Positions 51,858 to 64,000 of a DNA stretch of 64,000 nt are shown one piece after another. Both the position numbers and the translations under genes were made by a program. The notes under the pieces were generated by a model. The model saw nothing but the letters and a program-made list of their open reading frames with translations, was not told the DNA's origin and did no database searches. This stretch comes from Octopus sinensis (taxonomy: Eukaryota): assembly GCF_006345805.1 (NCBI RefSeq), contig NC_043003.1, forward strand, positions 26,722,001 to 26,786,000, in the 5' to 3' direction. The stretch's first letter is position 1, and each line of letters begins with the position of its first letter.

Positions 51858-52240
51858 CGCAGGAGTGGCTGTGTGGTAAGAAGCTTTCTTCCCCACCGGT
51901 GTGTTCCGTGTTCAGTCTCACTGCATGGCACCTTGGTCATGTGTCATCTTCTATAGCCTCGAGCCGACAAAGCCTTGTGACTTGATTTGGTAGGCTGAAA
52001 TTGAAAGAAACTCGTCGTGTACATATATGTATATGTTATATCTGTGTGCGCGTGTGTGTCTTGTGTCTGTGTTTGTCCTTCCCACTACCACTTGACAACC
52101 GGTGTTGGTGTATTTACTTTCCTGTAAATTAACGGTTCGGCTAAATAAGGGATAAAATGTACTGGGGTCGATTTATTCGATTAAAATTGTTCAAGGCTGT
52201 GCCCCGGTATGGCCGCAGTCTAATGCTGAAGCAAGTAGCA
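51858..52240 (+). mobile_element. SINE family B (diverged)
   Basis: Head, core and tail recognisable. Confidence 0.8.
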
Positions 52241-52368
52241 GATTAAAAGAATGTATATATATATGTATGTATCTATCTATCCATCTGTAATATATATATG
52301 TATAATATATATATTTAAAATATATAATATAATATATATATATATATATACACTCACACACACACACC

Positions 52369-52404
<36 letters not shown>

Positions 52405-52634
52405 CATATATACATATATTGAATATGAAGGGAATAGTTGACTTGTGATCTAAACGAATTGGTATGCTGGATAATTGATATAGTAGGTCCACCTTTAGGT
52501 CCAAAGATCACCTCTGAGGCTGGATGTAGGAATCCGTGCTAGGTTCTTTATAGAAGGTATATTTTATATTATAGGAAAAATCAAAACCAAGGCAGAACGA
52601 GTATCTCAAGTCATTTGGAATAATTTAATTTAAA

Positions 52635-52710
52635 GTCTTACAGCCGTTTCTAGGAGAACCCAAGTGGTAGGTTAGCATGTCCGTGCACTGGATATCCCGT
52701 TATCAGAGAC
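52635..52710 (-). ncRNA. Type I hammerhead, G8 mutated, in PLE 3' end
   Basis: GTCT-CTGATAA-CGGGAT...TCCTA-GAAAC-GGCT-GTA|AGAC. Confidence 0.65.
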
Positions 52711-53522
52711 AAGGTATGAATATTTTAGACGTGGAAGAATTTAAAGTTTATAAGGAATAAAATTCACAGTTTTTAAGGAATAAAATAGAAGAGTAAAGAG
52801 TAAAAGTAGTTAGATTATAGGCAGGAGAATGGTGTTCACAACTCATCTTTCTCTAGAGGATATAGATATTGGTTGGTACTTCCATTGAGATACAGGTCTT
52901 TAGTTAAAATACAGGTATTTTGGCAGTATTTTGAATGATATACTCATAATGTAAATGTGTATATAGACGTGTTTTGTGAGTGGGTGCATGAGTGTGTATG
53001 TGTGTGTGTGAGAGAGAGAGAGAGAGAGGGAGGAGAAAGAGAGAGAGAGGGAGGAGAAAGAGAGAAAGAAAGATAGGAGAAAGGAAAAAATACAGTGGTA
53101 AAGGGGTAGAAAATAAATATAGTGGTAAAAATATAAATAATAATAATAATAACAATAATAATAAAATTAAAATTAAGGTAATGATAGATATGATGGGTTT
53201 TGTGAGTGTATTTGTGTGTGGGAGATGGGAGAAAGAGAATAAAAATAAAATGGGATAGAGATAGCAGGGTAAAAAATAAGAGAAAATAAAAATAAATAAA
53301 TGTAATGAATATGTCAGTATTGTATGGGGCCAGAGATCAAATGTTAAAGTTTCACTAGATTGGGAGTGGGAGACCAATATATGTATATACACATACATCC
53401 GTTTTGCGCAACGGTCAGAAGTACTCAATACCAACGTAGAGTGCGGTAGTTTGTTTACCACAGTCCTGTAGCCTGTTAGGCTGGACTGGCTTAAATTGAC
53501 TCTGTCTGTCTATTTCTCTCCC

Positions 53523-53632
<110 letters not shown>

Positions 53633-53673
53633 GTATATATATATATATATATATATATGAAAACACAAAGAGA

Positions 53674-53758
<85 letters not shown>

Positions 53759-53789
53759 TCATAATATATACACATATCTACATCTTCGG

Positions 53790-54150
53790 CTAGTTGCAAA
53801 AGAGACAAAAGTGTGTAGCTAGAAAACTGTCGGCAGCCGATGAGAAAGCAAACTCTTGCATTTGGCACAAGAAAGAGGAAGAGTTGTGCTGTAAGAACAA
53901 AGATTGAGGATGGTAGAAACATCTGGCTAAGAGTTACAAAATCGGACTCAACAAAACTGGTGCTGTTGTGTGAGAATTTTATGTCTCCATCGATGATCAC
54001 TGGCGTCGTGGTGGAAGGGTCCGAAACACCTACAGAGCTGCGTTACCGATCGAGGAGAGTTCGAAGACAGAGGACAGCAGAACCCTCAGCACGCAAGCGT
54101 TTCCCTAAGTGTAGTTCATTATGGCACATGTATAACCAACATTGAAAGTC
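53790..54150 (+). mobile_element. Probable decayed RTE LINE C-terminus
   Basis: [13 protein letters not shown] and [17 protein letters not shown] resemble the RTE ORF2 end; frameshifted. Confidence 0.3.
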
Positions 54151-55109
54151 AGTCGACCTCGTAGATGCTTAGTCGCTAGTTTGTATGAAGTAATGGTTAC
54201 CACAGAAAACATTCTCTTAACGTCGTCCTTAATGTGTTTACTAAAACTTCGTCGTTGCTTCGTATAATGAACCGGTCACCATCAATAACATAGCTGTTGT
54301 GTGCTCATAACTATACTGGCTACAGCGGACTAAAAGGCACAAAAGAGAAACGTACGGCTATTTCGCTAGATATGCGAGGGGAAATGTGGATTTCTGTGTT
54401 AACCCCACGTTTAACCATAGATTCAAGTAATATTTTAGCTTTAGTTCTTCATGCGCTGCTCAACCCATTGGGCAGAAATCATTCTCATGAATTTTCCTTG
54501 GCGTTTTTTTTAGCGATTCCTGAGTGTTTTAGGGCCGGGTTGCTGGCTTGAAACCCAACCTTCTGGTTTCTTACTCTGGGCTTGGGATCGCCATCGGTGC
54601 AGTTGGATCAAACAGGCGGAGGACCAAAGACCTTCAAACATTTAGGTATATGCAAGTCCATATAATTTTAATGTTCTTCCTTTTTTTTAATACAATAAAA
54701 GTTTTAATATGAGTGAGATCAGGTTGATATTTCTCACAATTCAAGTGGCTAAACAGAAGCTGCGTCACTGTTTCGGAAAAAGAAAGCTGCCTCTTTAATC
54801 GAGAATGACCTCTGTGTTAATCTCACGGGTGATTCAGTTAAAATTTTTTAACGTTTTGCACGGCGCCTTCTTCAAGAGTGGCTCCCGACCAGAGACGGTG
54901 GCTAACAAGTTTGTTGTCCTACATAACTACATAACATTATGCCCAAATAAGAACAATCCTCAAGTTGTACTCCTACAAAACAATGAAAAGTTAGACTTAA
55001 TATTAAACAGGAAAACGATTTTGAGAAAATGATATATATATAACTTGCATTGTTTATATCCTGTTTATAGGTTCATATTCACTTACGGATGCGTTCTTGT
55101 CCCATTTTG

Positions 55110-55146
<37 letters not shown>

Positions 55147-55298
55147 TGTATGTGTGTGTGTATGTATATATAGCTATATAAATGTATATGTATGTATATA
55201 TACATATATCTGTATATGTATATATATATATATATGTGTGTGTGTATACATGTATGTATATATATATATATAGTATGCACACACACATACACACACAC

Positions 55299-55660
55299 AT
55301 ATAATTGTTAAAGAGGACAACAAATGTTAAGGCAAGGCAAACATCTCAAGTCATACATTAATATTATTATTGCGAAAAAAATTCAAAGTCTTACAGCTCT
55401 TTTTAGGATATCCCAGATTACGGAATATTCCGTCATAGGAGACAAATAGGGAAAATGAGAAGGGTACAGATTAATGAAATGATGACATAGAGAACATTTC
55501 ATTCATCTAAACCCTTCGTCTCCGATGACGGAATGTCCCATACTCTGGGATATCCCAGAAACAGCTGTAAGACTTAGAATTTTTTTTTAATAATAATAAT
55601 ATATATGACTTGAGATGTTTGCCTTGCCTTAACGTTTGTTGCTCTCTTTAATGATTATAT
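55299..55660. repeat. Inverted repeat of two outward-facing HHR-bearing PLE termini
   Basis: 55299-55443 vs 55518-55660; plus arm GTCT-CCGATGA-CGGAATGTCCCA..TGGGATATCCCA-GAAAC-AGCT-GTA|AGAC. Confidence 0.88.
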
Positions 55661-55808
55661 ATCAGCTATATCGGAAATCTGCAATGGTTCCATAACTCCC
55701 GTCTCGGCTACAACCTTGGAGCCCTACTAATTCGTTACAAGCACTTATCGCATCTACCTAGTCGTTAGATCACTTGTAAACTAAACCACCACTAAACCAC
55801 CATATTCT

Positions 55809-55880
<72 letters not shown>

Positions 55881-55938
55881 TATATATATACATATATATA
55901 CATATATACATATATATAATATATATATATATATTATA

Positions 55939-55976
<38 letters not shown>

Positions 55977-56715
55977 CATGGACAACAACATAAGCTGGGC
56001 CACTCATAAAAACACCAAGTTGACATGGACCCGCAGAATGTGTTCCTGGATTCTCAGAACTTCCAGTCGAGAGATATCCACACCCTTATCCTTCTCTTTC
56101 TCCACTTTTGCCCGACCCCACCTTGAATACTGTTGTCCACTGTGGTCTCCCCACACAAAATAAAGTATCATAAAAGTTGAAGCACCTCAAGGTCAATCAC
56201 AAAAAAGATAGATGGCATGACAGGCCTCGACTATTGGGATCGACTAGAAAAGCTAAAACTTTATTCTCTCCAACGTCGCCGTGAGCGCTACATCATCTGC
56301 ATGATGTGGAAAATATTCCATCATCATTGCCCAAATGATGTTGGCCATCACCTTTAAGGTACATCCAAGGCTTGGGCCCGTGCCATCCGCCCACAACAAA
56401 ATCGAACCCTCATCTCATAACAACAATACGGCACAATTATTTCACCTCAATTGGCCCCCGCTCTCCTTTAACATTACACCAAAACACATTAAAACAGAAA
56501 CAGACCCTATAGGTTCAAGAGCCTTTGGACAGTTTCCTTCAAGAAATCCTGGATAAACCTCCTACACCTACGGATATGTCTCTGTAAACAATAACTCTCT
56601 ACTTGAGTGGGCCATAGTGCCCAAATTCTGACTTGAAAGACTTCACCAGGTGGTGCTATTAAGTTAGACATGGCCTGGCCCAATAATGGCCGAAACCTAT
56701 CAAAGTATCAAAGTA
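55977..56715 (+). mobile_element. CR1/L2-group LINE 3' fragment (same family as 38446-42500)
   Basis: RPHLEYCCPLWSP; identical 3' end GGCCGAAACCTATCAAAGTATCAAAG. Confidence 0.93.
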
Positions 56716-56721
56716 TATATA

Positions 56722-56772
<51 letters not shown>

Positions 56773-57039
56773 AATATATACATATATATAACATATTATA
56801 TATATAATATATAAACACACACCCACACACACACATATATATATATTTATATATATATATATATAATATATATACATACAATATATACACATATACATAT
56901 ATATATATATATATATATAGTTAAGAGAAATAACCTCTATAAGTAATTCGGTTAATAGTGAAAGATATTATCTATATTAAATCATATAGAAAAAATTTAA
57001 TATGTTATAATAAATATTATTCTAAAAATCACTATATAT

Positions 57040-57200
57040 ATACACAGTTGAAATTTACAGAAAAAAACAAAAGACGAAGACAGGAGTATAAACAACAAAC
57101 AGGTGTATTAGTTTGACGCCCGGGAAGGTGAGAAAGTTTTTACGTTTCGAGACTACGCTCTTCAACAGAAAGGAACACGAGGAAATAAACAGAGAGAAAG
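57040..57200 (-). mobile_element. PLE-like terminal repeat with variant hammerhead (57136-57173)
   Basis: CCTTT-CTGTTGA-A-GAG..CTC-GAAAC-GTA|AAA. Confidence 0.55.
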
Positions 57201-57279
57201 GATGAACTCACACATCCGACTAAAAAGTATATATAAAAAATACATAAAATTTATAAATACTTATATGTATATACACTGA

Positions 57280-57610
57280 GACCCCCTTCGGTCATAACTG
57301 ACCGTGGTATTGCACCTAGAAAGTTACCCTCCCAGGCACAAGTGCGGGCAAGGTTGTTTATGGAAGACCAGCAGTCGCCCATGGGTACCGGCCTCCCCTC
57401 TCCACGCCACCAGTGTTATCCAAGGGAAAGGCAAAGGCCGATTCAGCTTGGCACATTTGACGTCGCAACTCATTTCTACATCTGAGAGAACTGGAGTAAC
57501 GTGAAATAAAGTGTCTTGCTCAAGAACACAACACGCAGCCCGGTCCGGATTCGAACTCACAATCTCACGATATTAAGCTCGACGCTCTAACCACTGAGCC
57601 ATGCGCCTTC
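57280..57610 (-). mobile_element. SINE family C, full length
   Basis: Matches 8215-8535. Confidence 0.9.
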
Positions 57611-57643
57611 ACACACACAGACACACACAGACACACAGACACA

Positions 57644-57688
<45 letters not shown>

Positions 57689-57796
57689 GCTAATATACAG
57701 ACATGTAATAAAAGCATTTGCATATGTATATATACATGCATACGAACATACGTACATACATATATACGCAAATAACATATGCATGTATAATGTATG

Positions 57797-57849
<53 letters not shown>

Positions 57850-58401
57850 GAGAGAGAGAGAGAAAGAGAGAGATATATATATAGATAAATATATATATAT
57901 GTATATGTATGTATATATACATACACACATGCATACATACCAATATACATACATACGTACATATAATTATTGGGGAAGATAAACACGATAGCTATCCTAT
58001 ACTGAGTGCGTGCGTGTGTTTGGGAGAGGGAGAGGGAGTGCGATAGAGAGAGAGGGAGACTGAGAAAGAAAGAGAGAGATAGAGATAGAGACATAGAGAT
58101 TGAAAGAGAGAACCCACTCCATGAATAGAACACTGAAAAATATGTCAGATTTGTCAAAACTTTCCGTATTCACAAAACCTACTTTATTGCTGTCTGGAAC
58201 ACACAAAAGCTTTGTCACTTGGCTGGAGGTCGGCTACTCACACACTTCTATCTCTTTTTGTTCTTTTTTTGTATATCTAAATATGTAAAGCAATAATGAA
58301 TGCGTGTGTGTGTGTGTATACACATACACACACGCGCACTAGCATATCTATACATATTTATACATACATGCCTGTATATACGTATATGTATATAGCATAC
58401 A

Positions 58402-58475
<74 letters not shown>

Positions 58476-59235
58476 GTATGTTATATATATACATATATAT
58501 ATATGTATATATATCTATATATATGTATATATATGGAGATAGAGGGAGAGAGAGAGAGAGAGAGAGAAAGATAGAGAGACATTGATAGAGAAATATACAA
58601 ATAGTAGATAAATAGATTGATGTATACATACTTATACCCATACACATAAACACATTCAAACATAGACACACAAGAAGACAGAAATACAGACACAAATTCA
58701 CACACACATAGACACACTCACATACAAACGCACACATACATATATACAAACACACAAGCATTAACACACAAACACATGAATATGCAAAATGCATATATAC
58801 AAAGAAACCCACACACACACGCATACGTATACATATGCATACACACACGCACACATACGTGCATACACATACATACATACAGACAGACAGACATAAATAT
58901 ATACATATATACATACATACATACATACATAATATGTGAATACACAGGCACCTTGACGTACACACATGCGCAAAAACAAACAAAAAGAATGCCGCTTTGA
59001 TAACGGACAGACTTAACGACTATTGAAAAGATTGCAAGACGCAACGAAAAGTTTATAAAAAATATATAAGTAAATGAGTGGAAATCGAACCGGTGAGTGT
59101 GTTAAATAATAAGGCACTAAAAGAGAATGACTCTTCCCACCCAGGCACAATAAAATATGCTTTAACACACGATTCACATGAAGAATCTGCAAAACCAAAT
59201 CAAAACGAAATATATAATATTCTATATATATATTA

Positions 59236-59270
<35 letters not shown>

Positions 59271-59277
<7 letters not shown>

Positions 59278-59782
59278 ATATTTCGGAATGGTCATATTGC
59301 CAGTTTAGCCAATAAAAACCACACGCACTATATATTTGGTGTTATTTTGCTTCAGTGATATTTATTTTTTACATTAATCTTAATCTTATTTCGGCCAAAG
59401 TTCTTTCGTCACACTCCTGTGACCGCATCAGTGGTCCTTTGTTTTCTTCTCATTTATTTGTGTCTCTCCTTACTAACCGTCAGCCATTTTGTATTTCTAT
59501 TGTATGTCTTCATTTGCGCATGCTTATATCTCTATGTGTGTCATACAATAGAAATACAATAGAAATACAAAATGGCTGACGGTTAGTAAGGAGAGACACA
59601 AATAAGTGAGAAGAAAACAAAGGACCACTGATGCGGTCACAGGAGTGTGACGAAAGAACTTTGGCCGAAATAAGATTAAGATAATGTAAAATAAATATCA
59701 CTGAAGCAAAATAACACCAAATATATAGTGCGTGTGTTTTATGGCTAAACTGGCAATATGACCATTCCGAAATATAACAATA
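59271..59782. repeat. Fold-back inverted repeat (~235-bp arms, 35-nt loop) with a variant hammerhead in each arm
   Basis: 59271-59506 vs 59542-59782; GGACCA-CTGATGC-G-GTCAC-AGGAGT-GTGAC-GAAAG-AA-CTT|TGGCC at 59622-59666 (+) and 59393-59437 (-). Confidence 0.92.
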
Positions 59783-59836
59783 CTGTTTCAACACACGACT
59801 TCACATAAAAAATCTTGCACACCAAATATTTAAACG

Positions 59837-59867
<31 letters not shown>

Positions 59868-59957
59868 ATAATAATATAATAATAAATATTAGGGAATAAT
59901 CCAAAATTACAGGGAAAAAATCAGATTTAGGATTAATCCAATTTTATAGTAAAATAT

Positions 59958-60075
59958 TATATAATATTAATTCGAGACAAAACCACTATTTTGCAAATCA
60001 AATATTTTTATGTATTTTTATGTATTGATTAAGTCTTTCCTTGTTTGATTTGCAAAATAGTGGTTTTGTCTCGAA

Positions 60076-60088
<13 letters not shown>
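59958..60088. repeat. Inverted repeat, ~45-bp arms
   Basis: TATATAATATTAATTCGAGACAAAACCACTATTTTGCAAATCAAA and its reverse complement. Confidence 0.92.
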
Positions 60089-60118
<30 letters not shown>

Positions 60119-60302
60119 CTGAAGGAATAGAATTTTTTGAGGTCTGTAATCTCATATGTTATTGATTCTGTTATAATTTTAAAAATTGTTGCTAGATAAT
60201 AACAGATTTAATGATATCTTTGCATATTATATTTTCATGAATTATTTGCTCCGTATTCAAATTATATATATATAGTTATATATATATATATATATATATA
60301 TA

Positions 60303-61195
60303 CAGGGGTTGGCCAAAGTAATGGAAACGCCTTAAAATATCAAATAAATTTATTTTAATATGGGGTAGGACCGTCTTGGCAGTAATTACAGCTTGAATTC
60401 TACGAGGTATGGACACGTACAAAGTTCGAATTGTTTCCAAAGGAACGTTTTTTCATTCTTCAGCTAAAATACTCTCCAGCTCTTGTTTTCCTAAAATGCA
60501 CTATAAATGTTCAATAATATTGAGATCTGGGGATTTAGATGGCCAGATAAGATAAGTTCCTCGTGCCATTCAGTAACAATTTTAGCTGTGTGAATTGCTG
60601 CATTATCATCCTGAAAGATTGCTTTTCCTCCCGGAAACAGTCCCGCAACGATATGATGAATTTGATCAGATAAAATGCTAAATAGACTTGATTATTAATT
60701 CTGCCATGAAGGGAAACCATTGGGCCGGAGAATTTCCAAGATATAGCCTCTCCGATCATCACAGATCCTCCTCTATATTTAACAGTTGGAAGAAGGTAAT
60801 CTGGGTCAAATGATTCTTTTGGCTGTCTCCCTACGTATACTCAGCCGGTGGCCGGAAATAAGGTAAAGAATGATTCGCCCGAGAAAATAATATTCTTCCA
60901 CTGCTCTAGGGACCAATTCTGTAGGTTTTTACTCCACTCTAAACACTTTACAAGGTTTGTTTTCGAAAGTAGAGGTTTTCTGATTGCAGCCCTTTGTGCA
61001 GCTTTGTGCAGCTTTGTACAGCTCCCAGCGAACAGTTTTTGTGGAAACTGGGTTCTCGAGGTGGTCATTAAGCTCTGTAGTAATTTTACGAGCTGTACTT
61101 TTGTGATCCTTTCTAGCAATTCGCGTAAGAGTCCGACGGTCCCTATCTGAAAGTTTTGGTTTTCTTCCGGAGTTTTGTATCACCCCCCGATACCT
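60303..61195 (-). mobile_element. Tc1-like transposon, 5'-truncated pseudogene
   Basis: GRKPKLSDRD, IIFSGESFF, IFQDDNAAIH and WPSKSPDLNIIE motifs; TA-CAGGGGTTGGCCAAAG terminus. Confidence 0.92.
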
Positions 61196-61199
61196 CAAA

Positions 61200-61800
61200 G
61201 ATGGTAAACTTGAGGATAGCCTTACAATATTAAAAGAAAAGCTAACAAAATAGATCTGTCCATTAATATGCAACTGATGGGTGACTTCAACTTCCCGAAC
61301 AGGAGATGATTGGAAGGTCACATAATCTCAAGAATTACATGCAAAGAGCGAGGTGAAGCAGAATCTCTGCTTGATCTCACGTAAATGTTGCGCATGGAGC
61401 AGACCATATTCTCTCTACACAGAGAGTAACTTCTTAGAATTCTACTTCAACAACGATGTGGAATTTATCCACAATATGAACATATCACCGGCAATTTTCA
61501 CAGATCATCACATGACAGAATTAGCGATGTATGGTCCAAAGAAATGAAAGATGTATTCCACACAGATGACACTCATACTGTATCCAGTCTGAACTTGTAT
61601 TAAGCTGATTGAAGTCGATTGATGAACTGATGCAGCAACAAATTTGGCTTAAAAGTCTCTCTATGCTAGGCATTGATAGGAAAATTTATTTATATCAATG
61701 ATGCGAGCCATATGCGTTAAATTTGCCCCAGATAAGAGAGCCAATACATACAAAGCATCATTTCCCGAGACAAGAGTGCCTTATGAAACGTAGAATAAAG
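61200..61800 (+). mobile_element. Decayed LINE APE endonuclease fragment
   Basis: MGDFNFP and TDHH motifs. Confidence 0.6.
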
Positions 61801-61938
61801 AATAAAGAATAATATATAAAGCAGCCTTATGAGTCCTATATTATGATTTCGCTCAGGCATAGCTATATTAATAACCATTTGATAGAACTCCGTATATTTA
61901 TGGTTTCGAGAAACCTATAAAGTGTTCAGAAGCACAAG

Positions 61939-61980
61939 GCTCTGAATGCAATGCTTCTTTTAGCAGAAACAGCTGTAAGC
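61939..61980 (+). ncRNA. Degenerate type I hammerhead
   Basis: GCT-CTGAATGCAA-TGCT..AGCA-GAAAC-AGCT-GTA|AGC. Confidence 0.5.
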
Positions 61981-62072
61981 TAATGAAATTATTTTATCTT
62001 TTAGTAGATGATATATATATGCATATTCATATGTGTATAAAACAGACAGACAGACACATACACACTCACCCC

Positions 62073-62152
<80 letters not shown>

Positions 62153-62739
62153 AATGTATAAGTGAGAGAGTTGGTATGTGAAAGCACGTAGCTGGATGTA
62201 TAAAATACAAAATCGAGTGAAAAAACTACAGACGACTTGTGGTATATGGTTAAAGAATATATTCAAATCGTTATGTTAGAAAAATGTTATAAAATTTTGC
62301 GTATAGTAACATTGTTTTTGGAGAAATAACCGATTTCGTATTTTAAAAAAAAATTTCTTAAATTTCTTTGCCTATATTGTGTCATCTCTTCGCTATGATG
62401 TGAAGTATGAGAGTTCCAGACAGGGGAATGTAATCAGGGATTTTTTCGGTGTAAGGGAGATAATAAAAAATGTTGGAAATGACTAGGTTTTATCAACTTA
62501 ACATGATTTAGTTTAGAAAGTATAAAATGTTAGAAGTGGTTAGGTTTTGCTTTATATTTTTTTCAATGAGGTTAAGTTTCTTATTTAAAAATGCTAGAAA
62601 TGTTTAAGTTTTGGCTTATAATTTTCAATGAAGTAGGTTTCCTTATTTAATCTAACTTATGTTGGTGTTCCAATGGCACATTGATAATATGGAAAGATTA
62701 CAAATTGCGGTACCCTTTAATGGACACATTGAGAAATGC

Positions 62740-63245
62740 GCAAAGCATTTAAGCATTCGTGAAAAAATACTTGAGACAGTCACAATAGTTAAAGAAAAAT
62801 TTTTTAAAGGTCATTAACTATTTGAAACAATTATTTAGATACTGTAATGCCATCAGTCTCTAGACAAATATCGCCATGGGCTAGGATTTGAAGCAATAGA
62901 ATTCTGGATAGAAAAATACCAACAAAGAATTCTGGAGAAATTTCCAAAGAGAGATTTCCATTTGAAGGCTTGCAGTTGGTATTTTCAAAACAACTATTTC
63001 TTTGACAAGCATTATTATTTACAAATACAAGGCACTCAATGGAGACAAAGGTCTCACCAACGTTTGCAACTCTAGTAATAGGATATCCGGAAGTGAAAAT
63101 GTGTAAGTTGTCTAGAATTGCTTTTGATCAACATTTCCAAACTTACTTAATAGGGAACTACAAATGATTCTTGGATGACTGCTTCATATGTTGGAACAAA
63201 AGTAATGAGAACTTTGCAAGATTCCATAAATTAATAAACAACGTT
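62740..63245 (+). mobile_element. Penelope-like reverse transcriptase fragment (pseudogene)
   Basis: SL*TNIAHGLG, YLQIQG, METKVSPTFATLVIGY and FLDDCFICW match PLE RT motifs. Confidence 0.85.
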
Positions 63246-63249
63246 TGTG

Positions 63250-63585
63250 AATTAATATAAAGGAGCACTCCGTCGGTTACGACGACGAGGGTCCCAGCTG
63301 ATATGATCAACGGAATAGCTTGCTCGTGAAATTAACGTGCAAGTAACTGAGCAATCTACAGACACGCGTACCTCTAACGTAGTTCTCAGGGAGATTCAGC
63401 GTGACACAGAGTGTGACAAGGCTGGCCCTTTGAAATACAGGTACAGCTCATTTTTGCCAGCTGAAAGGACTGGAGCAACGTGAAATAAAGTGTCTCGCAC
63501 AAGGACACAACGCGTCGCCGGGAATCGAACTCACGAGCTTACAATCGCGAGCCGAATGCCCTAACCACTAAGCCACGCGCCTCCA
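63250..63585 (-). mobile_element. tRNA-derived SINE (family C-related)
   Basis: GGCGCGTGGCTTAGTGGTTAGGGC A box; GAGTTCGATTCCC B box. Confidence 0.8.
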
Positions 63586-64000
63586 CAATATATATATATA
63601 TAGGTAGATAGATACGTATATACATACATATACACACATACGCGTGTATCTATTGCTATATATATGTGCAAGTGTAAGAGTGTGTGTATGTGTATACCTG
63701 TGTACGTGTGTGTGTGTGTGTGTGTGCTTACAAAGATAAGGTTGACAATGACCTCCAAGATTTGGTGACTTCCGTTTCCGTCAGTTTGTGAGGCAGTCTA
63801 ACAACGAAGTCCCACAGCAAAAAATGCGAAGTCATATTTTCGTACGAAAATACATGCGATACTATATTTTAAATTTATTGAATAATCCTTCTGTTAATGG
63901 TAGACTATATTTAGATTGGTCGTATAAAAACGGCACTCACGCGCACACAAACAAATACACACATATATAACTGTGTACACATGAGCTCAAACGCGCACTC

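Noticed and set aside
53840-54145. 101-aa ORF as a host gene
   Set aside because: More consistent with a decayed RTE C-terminus; no reliable splice structure

Overview
AT-rich, microsatellite-dense eukaryotic DNA with two 100-N gaps (7-106, 34777-34876). The SINE families resemble those I recall from Octopus; this identification is inference. I found no host protein-coding gene I can support, so the window looks intronic or intergenic. Nearly all ORF-track hits are microsatellite translations or transposon remnants. Mobile content: three tRNA-derived SINE families; a (TAA)n-associated non-autonomous retroposon next to an R4/Dong-like fragment; a near full-length decayed CR1/L2-group LINE plus fragments; mariner, maT and Tc1 transposase relics; a Tc2/pogo-like MITE; and many Penelope-like (PLE) terminal-repeat pieces. 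The main unexplained signal is about 16 type I hammerhead ribozyme (HHR) or HHR-like motifs from several families, folded by eye. Three have complete cores and stems (17230, 19724, 36396) and a fourth has an intact core with a decayed stem II (49080). Several others carry non-canonical cores and sit as outward-facing pairs in fold-back inverted repeats.
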